Assembly: GCA_013416795.1 (NCBI GenBank)
Contig: RQSC01000027.1
Location: 395,911 to 459,910 of the forward strand
Direction of reading: 5' to 3'
Length of the DNA: 64,000 nt
Source of the DNA: Prasinococcaceae sp. CCMP 1430
Lineage: Eukaryota; Plantae; Prasinodermophyta
Numbering within the stretch: position 1 is the stretch's first letter; each line of letters opens with the position of its first letter. A program made the position numbers and the translations under genes. Positions 30,544 to 41,737 of this stretch are shown piece by piece. The notes beneath the pieces are model-generated. The model did not search any database. It saw only the letters and a list, made by a program, of their open reading frames with translations, and was not told the origin of the DNA.

Positions 30544-32403
30544 TCATTGCGCGTCGATGCCGCTATACCACTCGGCGGGGTGCTCTGTGAAGCGATCCCT
30601 GTCCTGCTGCGTAAAACGCGCCTCGCCTCCAAGGCCTAGGCTCGCGCCGTCCAGTGAAGCTGTCACCAGGTCCTCGTCGAACTCGGGGATGAACGCATCT
30701 GGCGGCATCGCTGACATCTGTACCCCTGGCGCGTGCTCAATTTGCCGAAGGTTCTCCAGCACCTGATTCTTGACCGAGTCGAGGTAGTGGCGCGTGTTTG
30801 CGTTCTCGATGATGACCGGGAAGTTGGGCTTGAGCTTGTACCCGGGACCGAAGAACTCGTGGTAGTCTGTGCGCGGCAGCTCGTTGGGCACGTTCGTCTC
30901 TGTGAGCACAGCGGTCTCGTGCGCCCAGCAGCGCGCCACGTTCTCCTTGGTGTAGCCGCCGCCGCCAGTGACCAGCATCGGCACCTTGAAGCCCTTCATG
31001 AATCGCACAGCCTCAGAGTGACCGTCGATGGACAAGTTGAAGCACCCCAGGCGGTCACCTCCAAGACTGTCTGCACCGCACTGGAGCACGATCGCGCCGG
31101 GCTGGTACGTGTCCATTATCTTCTGCATGACCGGCTTGAATATGTGCAGGAAGCCGGCGTCGTCGATGCCGTCGCGCAGGGGCACATTTACGGAGTAGTA
31201 CTTGCCTGTTTTCTCTCCCACATCCTTGAGATCGCCTGTGCCCGGAAAGAACATGTCGCCGTACTTGTGGAAACTCACCGTCATGCATCGGTCCGTGAGG
31301 AAGAAGGCCTCCTCAACGCCGTCGCCGTGGTGGATGTCGATGTCGATGTACACCACACGCGCGTGGTGCTTGAGCAGCTCCAGGATCGCCAGCACCAGGT
31401 CATTCGCGTAACAGAAGCCGCTCGCCTCAGACTTCTTCGCGTGGTGCAATCCGCCCGCCCAGTTGATCGCGATGTCGCACAGGCCGTGGTTGAGCCTCAC
31501 CGCGCCGTCGATGGACGCACCGCTGTACAGCCTGCGGAGAGCGCGGGCGGGGGAAGCGCGGCGTCAGCGTGGCCAAAGCAGCGCGAGGACGTGCCCATTC
31601 GACTTTGCGCGCATGCGCATGTGCTTGTCGACACGCGCATTCTGCGCGGGCACGCCGGCAACGCGCGCCCCCAGGCGTGTGGCACGCCACGCCGACGGCA
31701 AGGCGTTCGCAACATACTTGCAGAATTCGAACAGCCCATCGAAGATGGGGCAATCCTCGCCCAGGTTGAACTGTTGCATCTGTTTGAGGTACTCGGCCTG
31801 GTTGTCTGGTGTGACGCGCGCGAGGAAGTCCACGTAGTCCTCCGAGTGAAACTGCGCGAGCTCAACCGGGTATGCCTTGCGTGGTCGGTATACCTCCATC
31901 TTCGGGGTGCGCAGGAGGAGGGAGCGGCGGGCGTGGGCGAGCGCGTTGGCGCGCGTTAGAGGATCGCGCAGTGGCAAGAAGCCAGGGAGAGTTGGCACAC
32001 GCGAGCTCCGCGGTGAGCGTGCGACGGCGCCCACGTGTGCGCACGTCACGGAGGCCGCCCGCACGCGCGCGTGTTCGCATGCGCACCCACCTTGTTGTGT
32101 AAGCCATACCCGAGCACGAGCGAGTGCGCCATGACCATGCGGTGGGGTTTCATAGGGTGGTTGGCACCATAGTAGTTTTGCCCTACCTCGGCTGCGCTCG
32201 CATGCGCGCGTGGGGGTCAGCAGCGTCCCCGCCAACGGCGCCAGCGCGCCGAGTCAGCCAGCTCGTCGAACCCTAGCTGGAGGGGCGACTCTCCGCTCGC
32301 CGCCGCCGCCGCTCTAGGTGCGCGCATGCGCGCGCACGCGCGCCGCGCGCCGGCCGCTGGCTGCCGCACCGTCGAAGAAGTACGAGATCCTGTCCTTGGG
32401 CAT
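30544..32403 (-). CDS. HDA9: Class I histone deacetylase, HDA9/HDAC3 type; multi-exon
   Basis: [86 protein letters not shown]. Confidence 0.93.
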
Positions 32404-32793
32404 GGCGCCGCGCGCGCCACGCGCCGCGCCGCGCGCGCTGTGGCGCAGCCGCCGCAGCCGCAGCTGACGTCGACCCCGCACACGTTCATGCGAAGCTTTT
32501 TCATCTGCGGCATACACCTGGTCTACTTCGAAGGACATGTCGGACATTAGCGGTCATCGGTATTCATCACTCGGACTAATCGGAGTATGAAACGGGGTAT
32601 GCGAAATAGACCGGGTGTCGTTGCAGGGTGCTTCCATGCGAGCGCCGCGGAGCGAGCTGCCGCCGCTGCTGCCGCCACACCGCGAGCGCGCCGAGCCTGA
32701 GGAAGTGGCGGCGGAGGGGCCGCGGGCGGGCGCACGGTCAATCGATCGATCCGTCCGAAAGACGAGCGGTGTCGTCGGGTTTGGGGCTTGGTG

Positions 32794-33741
32794 ATGGCCG
32801 CAGTGGTGCCGGATCGCGCCGCGGCGCGGCTCGCGCGCCAGCTCAAGGTGCAGCTGGCCGCCGGGGAGAGCTACGAGGCGCGGGAGACAGCCGAGGCGCT
32901 GTGGCGCCGTGGTGCGCCTCGAGGCGCTCCTGCGGCGCAGTCAGCGGCAAAGACGGTGCGAGCGGCAGCCGAGGCGCTGATGGACGCTGGCGAGCACAAG
33001 TTTGCGGGCTCGCTCTGCGCTGTCCTTGCTACAGAGGGTCCACAGGAGGCTCGCGATGCTGTGGAGGAAGAGCTCGTCGAGCTATGTGAGGCCTTGTGGG
33101 TGCAGGCGCGCAAGGTCGGACCGGCCAACGCGGTTTTTGAAGACCTTGCGAATGCGGTGCTGCGGGCTGCGGAGGCGCGGTTATCGTGCGAACGGCTACG
33201 CGAGATGACGACGGTCCTGCAGCTCGAGAAGGACAGGGGAGCGTACGCCCGATCGATGCGCAAGTGTGCGCACCTCGGCATGTGGCGAGTTGTAGTCCAG
33301 GCCACAGCGTTCGAGGTAGGCCGCAACGGCGATGCTGACGACGACCGACACTGTTGTGTTGACTTGTTTGCGTGCCGCGCGGCGCTGCTGTACCTCGGCG
33401 GCGGTGGACCACCTGCCCACGTGGACCGACTCCTGACCTCTCTCAGCGAGATGTTGCAGCTGGATGGTATTCCCGGGGCGGATGAGGCGGAGTCGTCCCC
33501 TCTCGCGCACTTCGCAAAGCTGTTTGCGCTCGCGGTTGAGCGCACCGACGGAAAATCGGCCTGTGCGCTCGTCGAGACGTACTCGCCAGCGCTGCAGCGT
33601 GACCCGGCTCTGCTTGCGTGCGCCAAGCGGATACTTCACCTGGTCGCACCTCCGACTCGGCAAGAAGGCGCAGGCGGGCAAATGAATCCGCTCGCGGCGA
33701 TGATGCAAAGCATGATGGGTGCCCTTGGCAACATGGAGTGA
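32794..33741 (+). CDS. GET4: Golgi-to-ER traffic protein 4 homologue
   Basis: GESYEA, DLFACRAALLYL, PLAHF..L, YSPALQRDP, C-terminal NPLAAMMQSMMG. Confidence 0.7.
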   Translation: MAAVVPDRAAARLARQLKVQLAAGESYEARETAEALWRRGAPRGAPAAQSAAKTVRAAAEALMDAGEHKFAGSLCAVLATEGPQEARDAVEEELVELCEALWVQARKVGPANAVFEDLANAVLRAAEARLSCERLREMTTVLQLEKDRGAYARSMRKCAHLGMWRVVVQATAFEVGRNGDADDDRHCCVDLFACRAALLYLGGGGPPAHVDRLLTSLSEMLQLDGIPGADEAESSPLAHFAKLFALAVERTDGKSACALVETYSPALQRDPALLACAKRILHLVAPPTRQEGAGGQMNPLAAMMQSMMGALGNME

Positions 33742-34040
33742 CGGTGCGCAAGAATTGCCAAGGAGGCGCGCGATGCGGGGTCGCGGAGCAGCGCACTTGT
33801 AATCAAACCCGAGCCCTTGGCGGGCAGCGGACGCAGCCGCAACCTGCGTGGGCGTGGCGCGGCGACAGACAACGGACTAGTGACTAAACAAAACGTCGGC
33901 CGGTCTGCGCCGTGCGCGCTAGAGTCTCAAGGGGCGGTCCTAGGGTCCTCGCAAGTCTGTGATTACTTCTTTGAATAGTTACATTGATTAGTGCGCTCTG
34001 CGAGTTCGTGTGCGCGGGCGGGCCTATGGACGCCTCGGGC

Positions 34041-35888
34041 CTATAAAGGCACGTCGTCCAAGGGCGGAGTGACGCCGTTGGAGGCCCCTTCGGCAGGAGG
34101 CGATGCGTCCGAGCCCACGCTGGACTCCCTCTCGAGCGCTGGCGAGGCGGGTATCACCTCGAGGCTGATGCTGCCACCACGATTCCGGCTCGGTCCCCGC
34201 CTCTGAGCCATCTCTGGCAGCTCGACCTCGGTCACGCTGCCCGCCGACGTAAACATGGGGGTGAGGATGGCCTCGTCAAAGCGTTTGAATGACAGTGCCT
34301 GCGCGCCGCTCAGTGTTCGTCGCAGCTTCGAACCCGAACCAGCGGAGCCGTCGTCGTCTCGTCCTGGCGACGAGGCCCTGCTGGTGCGGACGGACCCAGC
34401 GGGGCCGCTGCCATTGGAAAGGGCAGCAGCGCCCCCTTCGCCGGAATCGATGTGATCACCGTCCATGGGCAGCTCCTCGTCCTCCTCATATGGCAAGTAC
34501 GTCTTCGCTCCCAGGTCCATCCTCTCGACAATGGTGCTTGTGGCTCCGCCGATGAAGATGACGGTGAAGAGCACCACGAACAGAGTGGTGGTCAGAAAGA
34601 TCCTTCCTTGCTCCTCGCCAACGTCGCGAATAGCCTCGAGCGACAGCGCGAACGCAATGGCGCCCCTCAGCCCACTGAACCACAGCATGAAGCGGTGCGT
34701 CTGGGGGATGCGCCGATTGTGCTTGCGAACAGCGTTCACGGCGGCCGTGAGTGGGTACACATTCAGAGCACGCGCGCCGAGGATGCCCACCAGCACCATG
34801 ATCGTGTTCGCGATGTGCTTCCATGACTGCCTCTCGAGGAACATGGTGGCACCCATGTACACGAACACGAACGTCTCGCACAGGGAGGCCAGGGTCTTGA
34901 AGAAGTACGGCAGGGCCTCCAGCCCGCGCGGGCTCAGGCTGCGCTTAGTGTAGTGCGCCATCACAATACCACAGAACAGGATGCTCACAATGCCACTTAG
35001 TTTGAGGTACTCGGAGAGGCAGTACGCCAGGAAAGGAAACAGGACCACCACGCATCCCTCGGTGACCTCTGTCTCGTGCATGTTCGAGTGCTTCATGAGC
35101 AGCGCGCTCGCGAACCCACAGGTCGTCCCGATGATGAAGGATCCTACGAATATGACCACGAAGAACCACAGCGCGTTGAAGACTACGCCTGTCGAAAGCT
35201 CGCTGTCGCGAATGCTGAGCATGGTGCGATAGAGCACGATGGCGACCGCGTCGTTGAGCACGCTCTCACCAAACACCAGCGCATAGAGGTCTTGGTGCAC
35301 GTTCATGGTCTGGAAGATGGCCAGCACGGTCACGGGGTCCGTGGCGCTGATTAGCGAACCGTAGATCATGCACTCTGTGAACGTGAATGCGTGTGCGATC
35401 CCGATAGCCCCCGCGGCGAAGAGGAAGAGGGCCACCGCCAGCGTGCTGATGAGCGTCCCAACGAAGGCCAGTGTGCAGATCGCGCCAAAGTTGTGGAAAA
35501 ACGGCTTAGGCTGCATCGAGAAGCCCGACTCGAAAATGATGGGCGGCAGCAGCACGAGGAAGAAGAACTCCTCTTTGAAGTTGATGAAGTCTTTGAATCC
35601 CTTGTTCTTCGTGCCGAGCATGCAGGCGAAGCCGACGATGATGCCGATGAGCAGCGCGACGCCCGCCTCGTGGAATACTTTCACGCGGCGTGTGTGCATG
35701 ACGTACCCGGCCAGGAAGCACAGCAGCAGCACCAGCAGCTGGATGAACACGCCGAGCGAGTCCATGGCTTCTTCATCTGTCACGTCCACCAGATCACTGC
35801 CAGCCGGCGGGGGCGACCCAAGTCCCTCGCGTGGCGGCGACAGTGCCCCGGCAGGAGCCGAGGGCGGCGGCATGAGCGTGTCACCCAT
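34041..35888 (-). CDS. Endosomal Na+(K+)/H+ exchanger, NHX5/6 class
   Basis: FFLVLLPPIIFESGF, ISATDPVTVLAIF, LVFGESVLNDAVAIVL, LSGIVSILFCGI, WFSGLRGAIAFAL. Confidence 0.93.
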   Translation of the reverse strand: MGDTLMPPPSAPAGALSPPREGLGSPPPAGSDLVDVTDEEAMDSLGVFIQLLVLLLCFLAGYVMHTRRVKVFHEAGVALLIGIIVGFACMLGTKNKGFKDFINFKEEFFFLVLLPPIIFESGFSMQPKPFFHNFGAICTLAFVGTLISTLAVALFLFAAGAIGIAHAFTFTECMIYGSLISATDPVTVLAIFQTMNVHQDLYALVFGESVLNDAVAIVLYRTMLSIRDSELSTGVVFNALWFFVVIFVGSFIIGTTCGFASALLMKHSNMHETEVTEGCVVVLFPFLAYCLSEYLKLSGIVSILFCGIVMAHYTKRSLSPRGLEALPYFFKTLASLCETFVFVYMGATMFLERQSWKHIANTIMVLVGILGARALNVYPLTAAVNAVRKHNRRIPQTHRFMLWFSGLRGAIAFALSLEAIRDVGEEQGRIFLTTTLFVVLFTVIFIGGATSTIVERMDLGAKTYLPYEEDEELPMDGDHIDSGEGGAAALSNGSGPAGSVRTSRASSPGRDDDGSAGSGSKLRRTLSGAQALSFKRFDEAILTPMFTSAGSVTEVELPEMAQRRGPSRNRGGSISLEVIPASPALERESSVGSDASPPAEGASNGVTPPLDDVPL

Positions 35889-36984
35889 CGCCCCGCTACG
35901 ACTCAGCTGGGCCTAGTCGCAGGGCCCGCTGACGTCTCTAGCCCAACTTCCCCTGCCAACCCTGCTCCCCTTTAACCCCACCTCCCTACCACTACCCACC
36001 GCCCGCCGCCCGAAGACGTCCGACGCCCACCCCGCCAGCGGGCCCCCTCCCCGCCTCCCCCTTGCCCAGAGATCGTGCGCGCTCACGCCAGTCGCGGCGG
36101 CAAGCTCGTGACGGTGAGCAGACCTGGCCTGCCCCGCGGCCGCCCGGCGGGCCCTGTGCCGCGCCCGTTTCGCGCAGAGCGATGAGCCAACTGCAGCGCG
36201 CGCGCGGTATGAGCCAACTGCAGCGCGCGCGCGGCGGTTGCCCAATGGCAGCGCGCGCGTGCGCGGCGAGGGGCGCTCCCGACTCTCAATCTCCTGCTCC
36301 GCTGCACCCTCACCGTCTCCCCCCCACACACACACCCTCCTCGCTGCACGCACGCGGCGCGGCGTGTGCCGCGCCCGCCCGCCCGGGGCTCTCCGGGCAG
36401 CGGCGCCGCGCGCCGCGCCCGAGCGCGCGTCCAAACGCGACGCAACGGCATCTCTCCGCTTTCAATCAATTCGCACTTACTGATTCCCGCCCTGATCAAG
36501 TGATGAAGAAGACGCGCATCCGTGCCTCCGTCCAAACGTTTGCCAAGCTTCGATCGATATCGAGCTCACACCATGGTATCGCGCGCGCGAGGCGCCGGCC
36601 GCGCGCTCCCCAGCGCCCCGCGGGCGCGCGAAAGGGCAAACGGCCAAAGAAGCACTCGTTTCCACGTCAGAAATCGCAGGCGTCGCTCGGGAAAGGAAGG
36701 AAGGGAAAAGGGTTAGACCCTAATGGTCGTACGCGACGCGTTTTCGTGTTGTTCGACAGCGCTGGGTGAGGTTTGGGTTCGGATGGCGTGCGGCGCGCAC
36801 CACATCCCGCTCGGTCGGGGGCCACAGCGGGGGCGCGCGCGCGGCACTTCCCTCCCTCGCCTCGTGCGGCCGGAGGGCGCCGGCGCTGCGCTGCGGGTGG
36901 TGGTGGTGCGGGGTGCGGGGTGTGTGGTGCTGCGGGGTGTGTCAGCGCGCAAGCGCGTAAGGCCGTGCGCGATGTGTATCGGAT

Positions 36985-38373
36985 GTGCGCTCGCGCTCGC
37001 GTACGGCGCTCGCGGCGGTGCTCGGCGCGACGGGCGCCGACGCAGGCGACGCCCTGGATGCGCTCGACGCGGCGGGTGGCAGCGTCGACGGGGCCGTGGC
37101 CGCGCTACTCGGAACCATGCACGGCGGGTCAGGGGTGAGCGGAGAGGCGGGGCACGGGGTGGAAGGTGGCGCAGGGGACGCGGCGGGCGCGGGCGATCGC
37201 CAGGCGCTTTCGCCTCCCCTGCTCGACGATGCGCCGATCTACATCCGCGCGCCGGCGCTCGTGGCGGTCGGCGCGTGGAGGCTCGCGTGGACAGTCGTGG
37301 GCGTCAGCTTCTCCCTCCTGGGCTCCATAGTCTGGCCATTCCTTAGTGCGGCGGGGCTCGCCGAGTGGGCCGACCCCGCGGCGGCCGCAGCGGAGGCGGC
37401 GCCGCGCTTCATCGCCGAGTACGCCGATGCGTACCCGGACGTGGCGCGCCCCGAGTGGTTGGAGATGACGTTCGAGCGCGCCACGGCCACGGCGGCAAGA
37501 CAGATGAAGTTCCTGTTCGTCTACCTCCACACGCCCTCACATGAGGACACTGATTCGTTCGTCACCGAAGTGCTCGCCGACCCGGGCGTCCTCGCTGAGC
37601 TTTCCGGCGACAACTTCGTCCCGTGGGGGTGCGACACCAGCAGTGTGGACGGATCGCGGCTGGTGCGCGCCCTCAGGAGGCAAAAGAAGCCCACCGTGGC
37701 CATCATGCTCACGCTGGACTCCCGTGCGGTCCTCGTTGGCATGAGTGACGCCCGCGGCGGCGTGGAGGGCCTCCGTGCTGTCATGGCGTCGGCAGTGGCG
37801 GACCATTCTGCCGAGCTCGTCGCCGCGCGCCACGACGCCTCCGAGCGAGACTTCGCTCGCACGCTGCGAGAGGAGCAGGACGCGGCCCTCGCAGCCAGCT
37901 TACGCGACGACCAGGAGAAGGCGGAGCGACGACAGCGCGAGGAGGCCGAGAGACGCGCGGAAGAGGAGCGCGTCGCGCGCGAGGAGGCGGAGGCGCAGGC
38001 CGCCCTGGAGGCCGAAAAGGCCGCCATCGCTGCCGAGGAGGCCGCCGTCGCCGCGCGCGAGGCGGAGGTCGCGAGACGACAGGAGGAAAAGCAGGGGAAG
38101 CTGGGAGACGAGCCTGCGCCGGGCACTCCGGGCGTCGCGATGGTCGCCGTCCGCTTCCCTGACGGTGGTCGCAGGCAGCGCAGATTCATGGCCAAGGATA
38201 CGGTCCAGCGCGTGTACGACTTCTGCGACGCAGAGGGCATGCCGTTTGGGAAGTACACGCTCGTGTGCTCGTATCCGAAGAAAGAGCTCGGCGAGGACAG
38301 CCTGATGCTGACGCTGGAGGACGCGGGGCTCTCGCCAAAGGCCATGCTCATGGTCCGCCAAGACGACGAGTAA
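36985..38373 (+). CDS. UBA-UAS-UBX domain Cdc48 adaptor (PUX10/FAF2-like); start uncertain
   Basis: UBA-like N-terminus, hydrophobic hairpin, KFLFVYLH, LREEQDAALAASLRDD, VRFPDGGRRQRRF..YPKK..TLEDAGL. Confidence 0.88.
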   Translation: MRSRSRTALAAVLGATGADAGDALDALDAAGGSVDGAVAALLGTMHGGSGVSGEAGHGVEGGAGDAAGAGDRQALSPPLLDDAPIYIRAPALVAVGAWRLAWTVVGVSFSLLGSIVWPFLSAAGLAEWADPAAAAAEAAPRFIAEYADAYPDVARPEWLEMTFERATATAARQMKFLFVYLHTPSHEDTDSFVTEVLADPGVLAELSGDNFVPWGCDTSSVDGSRLVRALRRQKKPTVAIMLTLDSRAVLVGMSDARGGVEGLRAVMASAVADHSAELVAARHDASERDFARTLREEQDAALAASLRDDQEKAERRQREEAERRAEEERVAREEAEAQAALEAEKAAIAAEEAAVAAREAEVARRQEEKQGKLGDEPAPGTPGVAMVAVRFPDGGRRQRRFMAKDTVQRVYDFCDAEGMPFGKYTLVCSYPKKELGEDSLMLTLEDAGLSPKAMLMVRQDDE

Positions 38374-38476
38374 ATGTAGCGGCTTACACACGCACAGCAC
38401 CGCCCGTCAGACCCTCCAGGCGCCGCGGACGTTGCACCCGCCCACCACGCGGCAGCGCGACGCCACGCGGCGATCG

Positions 38477-41400
38477 TCATGCCACGTCCATGGGCTCTCC
38501 GTCCGCGCCCTTGGCACGCTTGGCCTTGGCCTTGGCCTGCGCAATGTACGCCTCGATGTCCTTTCTGAGTTCGTCCATGGGCTCGAGCATCTTTGCGGTC
38601 AGCAGCTTGCGGTTGAAGGGGTCAGTCTCATCGGATAGCAGGTGGCGCATGATGTGCTTGCGGTCCATCACATTGCCCGAGGTGGGCAGCTTCACCGGAT
38701 CGCGCATGATCTCGGCCATCATTGGGTCGAGGTACTCGTCAGGGATGTCGTCGCCGAGGATGTCGTCGAGCTCCTCGTCCTCAGCGACAGCCTCCAACGC
38801 ACGCTCCCTCAGGCCCTCAAGGGAGTCCGCGGCAGCTGGTGGCGCCGTTCCGAGCCTCCGCGTGAGCGAAGCGGCCTCGAGCAACAGCGGGGCGCGGAAG
38901 GAGCGCTCGTCTGTGCCGACGGCACGGGCGAAGCGGCCCTCGCTATCGTCCTTGGTGATGTTTGAATAAATCTGCACGATGTCGCCGAGCAGCTGCTGCG
39001 GATTGAAGTCGTACTTCGAGGGGTCCTTCACGCGGTACTTTCTTCGCTCGGTGGGATCCACGAGCATGAGCAGGAAGTAGTTCAGCGTGGAACCCACGCG
39101 CGCGACCATCGACTCCGACAGCAGGGCGTCGGTGATTTCGGCGCTGGTGTAGCGCAGTAAGTTGACGTACTCCGACGCAAGGCCAAAGTCGCCGCGCGCG
39201 TATTGCTCGTTGTCGCGGTGGGTCTTCTCGCGCTCCTCGCGCTCTGCCTGCGGCAGCCTGTGGAAGTCGCTGTTTGGATTCGCCAGCTCATTCTCGAACT
39301 CGCGAATCAGCGGGATCTTCTTCATGCCCTCATCCAGCAGGTAGATGAGGTCGTTGAGCAGCATGTTGATGAAGCCGATGTATTGCCCATCCTCGCCGCT
39401 CTCAGCAGCTGCAAAAGCCTTCCACGTCGCGCGGTGGGCGGGCACGGTCCACAGGTACTCGAAGAGCTGCGCCATGTTGTTGCGGATGGTGAACTTCTCG
39501 AAGAAAGCGGTATGGCTCCCGGTGAACTCGATCTGCACGTACAGCTTGACTAGGTTTGGCACAAGCAGTTTGATGGCCGTCGGGTGGGCCTCAAAGAGGC
39601 TCGAGGCGAAGCTGGCCACAGGCGCGTTGCCACGCCGGCGTCGGCGTCCGGTGGCACCTGAGTCGTCCCCGGAGTCGGGCATCCACGCCGCGAGAACCTC
39701 GATCAGCTTCGCACGCAGATAGGGGTTCTTGATGTGGAGCGGACTGCCGGAGAACACCACCAGGAAGTCCATGAATTCGTCGAGTCGCTCCGAGCCGAGC
39801 TCGCGCAGGTACCCGTACGACATTAGCCGGCCAACGAAGAGCAGTGTTTCGGCCATGTCCTCGACGAAGTGCTCGGGCATGGCACGGAACACTTCAGGCG
39901 GCGGGAGCGGGAGCTGATCGCCTTCGACGTCCGAGCCGCCGCACAGGTCGCGCAACCAGACAACCATGAGGCGATAAAACGCCAGCGCGCGGGACAACAC
40001 ATCGGGCGTCTGCAGGGCGGCATCGAAACACAGTCGTCGCTGGAGATCACGCCCGCACTGGGCCCGCAGCGCCTCCAGGTTGGGATCCGCTGCGGCCATG
40101 GCCCCCAAACGCTCCTCTGCCGCGTCCAGCTCGTCGCGCCGCCGATGCGCCTCCTTGGCCTCTTCGGTGTAGGTGCCAATGACGCGGATCAAGCCCAGAT
40201 GTAGCGCCTCCGCGGTGAGGAAGAAGCACTCGCAGATGAAGGAGAACTCCGCCGAGGCTGTCTGTGCCGCGACGGCGCCGCCGCTCGAGGGGCCCGCCCC
40301 CTGTCCGCCGGCCTCGCGCGCGGCCATTGCCGCCTCAATCTGCTCGGCACTCATTCCCTGCTTCTCAAGCTCGCGGCGCTCGAGCTCGGCTTGCTGCGCC
40401 TTGAATTTCTCCTGGTGGTCCAAATTGCGCACGTCGACCCACTTGGCCACCTCCTCGCTGGTGGCGGCGAGCTTGGTCTCGGACGAGAAGGGGATGCCTC
40501 GGGCGTCGTTGAGCACATAGTTGGCATCCAAGCGATCGCGCTTCGAGTGCTGTGCGTCCAGGAATGGCTCGGCGAGCCGCAGCATGATTGCGGCGAGGTT
40601 GAAGGCGAAGCCGTGACTCGCCTCCTGCATCTCATTAAAGCGCATCTTGGAGCGCCCCTGGCACGCCTTGATGGCCTCGGCGAGCATGCCGACCACGCGA
40701 TCGCGGTTGCCCTTGCCCTTGAGCAGGCCACGCACCAACTCGAAGAGGCCGCTGTGAAGGAGGTCCGTCGTCGTGCGCAGCGAGCCGAACGCGGCATTGG
40801 CATCGCGCTGCGAGAGCTTGCTCGGGTTTGGAAACGACGCCTCCGCGACGTTGGGCTGGGCGGACATCGACCAGAAGTCCGGAAGTGGCGACAGACGCAG
40901 GAACGCTCCAAGCACGCTCTTCAGCTCAAACTCGCGCCCATTGCGGTACGTGGGCGAGAAGGCCGGGCTTTGGGTCAGCAGGGATGCCAGTGCGGGGTTG
41001 GACGCCAGCTGGCACAGCGTGCCCAGCGTCGACTGGTACGGCCCCAGGATGGAGCAGCTGTGGATCTGCTTGGGCAGCGCATCGAAGATCGGGCCCATCA
41101 TCTCTGCCACCCCCTCGTCGGCGAAGCGCGCGGTGAGCGCCTCCAGGAAACCGCCGGGCAGCGCCTCCTGCTGCGCCTGCTTGGTGAACGCACCCTCGCC
41201 CGTCATGGCGTCGAGCAGCTGCAGCGCGCCCGCGTTGGAGCACGCCTGCGGCTGCGGGAACATGTCCGGATACTGCATGAGCATTCCGGCGTACGACACG
41301 CACAACTCGCGCACGCTCGCGAGCGTGGCCTTGAGCGTCGCGACGTAGTCTTTGTCCTTGAGTCTGTCGGAGATCCTGTCCTCGTCGAACGAACGTCGGA

Positions 41401-41737
41401 AGCACCCGAGCAGGTACTGAAACGGGCTCACCGGTACGGACGCGCCGCCCGCAGCTGCGGTCGCGAGCGCCGCATCGTCGAAGCCCAGACGCTCCATGAG
41501 CGCTCGCTCCATATTGTCACCGGAGAGCAGGACGGGCTCAGTCGTCGCGGTGCCCTCCTCCTTGGCGATCTCCTCCGCCAGCCGCTGGAGCTCCACTGCT
41601 CCGGCCACGGGCCTCGCATTCGCCCCTCCGAACGTGACTCCGAGCGTGCGCGCGAGCACTGTGTTCGTATGCGCCGCGGGGTTGGGCGTGCCCGGCGTCA
41701 TCGGCGTGGCCGGCGACGGGGGCGCGGGGGACGCCAT
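38477..41737 (-). CDS. UFD2: U-box E4 ubiquitin conjugation factor
   Basis: FSFICECFFLT, MPEHFVED, IKNPYLRAKL, EFTGSHTAFFEKF, NDLIYLLDE, DERSF, IPDEYLDP..MRDPVKLPTSG..HLLSDETDPFNR. Confidence 0.95.
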   Translation of the reverse strand: MASPAPPSPATPMTPGTPNPAAHTNTVLARTLGVTFGGANARPVAGAVELQRLAEEIAKEEGTATTEPVLLSGDNMERALMERLGFDDAALATAAAGGASVPVSPFQYLLGCFRRSFDEDRISDRLKDKDYVATLKATLASVRELCVSYAGMLMQYPDMFPQPQACSNAGALQLLDAMTGEGAFTKQAQQEALPGGFLEALTARFADEGVAEMMGPIFDALPKQIHSCSILGPYQSTLGTLCQLASNPALASLLTQSPAFSPTYRNGREFELKSVLGAFLRLSPLPDFWSMSAQPNVAEASFPNPSKLSQRDANAAFGSLRTTTDLLHSGLFELVRGLLKGKGNRDRVVGMLAEAIKACQGRSKMRFNEMQEASHGFAFNLAAIMLRLAEPFLDAQHSKRDRLDANYVLNDARGIPFSSETKLAATSEEVAKWVDVRNLDHQEKFKAQQAELERRELEKQGMSAEQIEAAMAAREAGGQGAGPSSGGAVAAQTASAEFSFICECFFLTAEALHLGLIRVIGTYTEEAKEAHRRRDELDAAEERLGAMAAADPNLEALRAQCGRDLQRRLCFDAALQTPDVLSRALAFYRLMVVWLRDLCGGSDVEGDQLPLPPPEVFRAMPEHFVEDMAETLLFVGRLMSYGYLRELGSERLDEFMDFLVVFSGSPLHIKNPYLRAKLIEVLAAWMPDSGDDSGATGRRRRRGNAPVASFASSLFEAHPTAIKLLVPNLVKLYVQIEFTGSHTAFFEKFTIRNNMAQLFEYLWTVPAHRATWKAFAAAESGEDGQYIGFINMLLNDLIYLLDEGMKKIPLIREFENELANPNSDFHRLPQAEREEREKTHRDNEQYARGDFGLASEYVNLLRYTSAEITDALLSESMVARVGSTLNYFLLMLVDPTERRKYRVKDPSKYDFNPQQLLGDIVQIYSNITKDDSEGRFARAVGTDERSFRAPLLLEAASLTRRLGTAPPAAADSLEGLRERALEAVAEDEELDDILGDDIPDEYLDPMMAEIMRDPVKLPTSGNVMDRKHIMRHLLSDETDPFNRKLLTAKMLEPMDELRKDIEAYIAQAKAKAKRAKGADGEPMDVA

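Noticed and set aside
36182-36234. 27-bp tandem duplication in the NHX upstream region (and an 18-bp one at ~28531-28569)
   Set aside because: Two-copy local slippage with no intervening sequence and no evidence of function.
36500-36570. Possible C/D snoRNA (GTGATGA box C)
   Set aside because: No suitably placed box D or terminal stem found.
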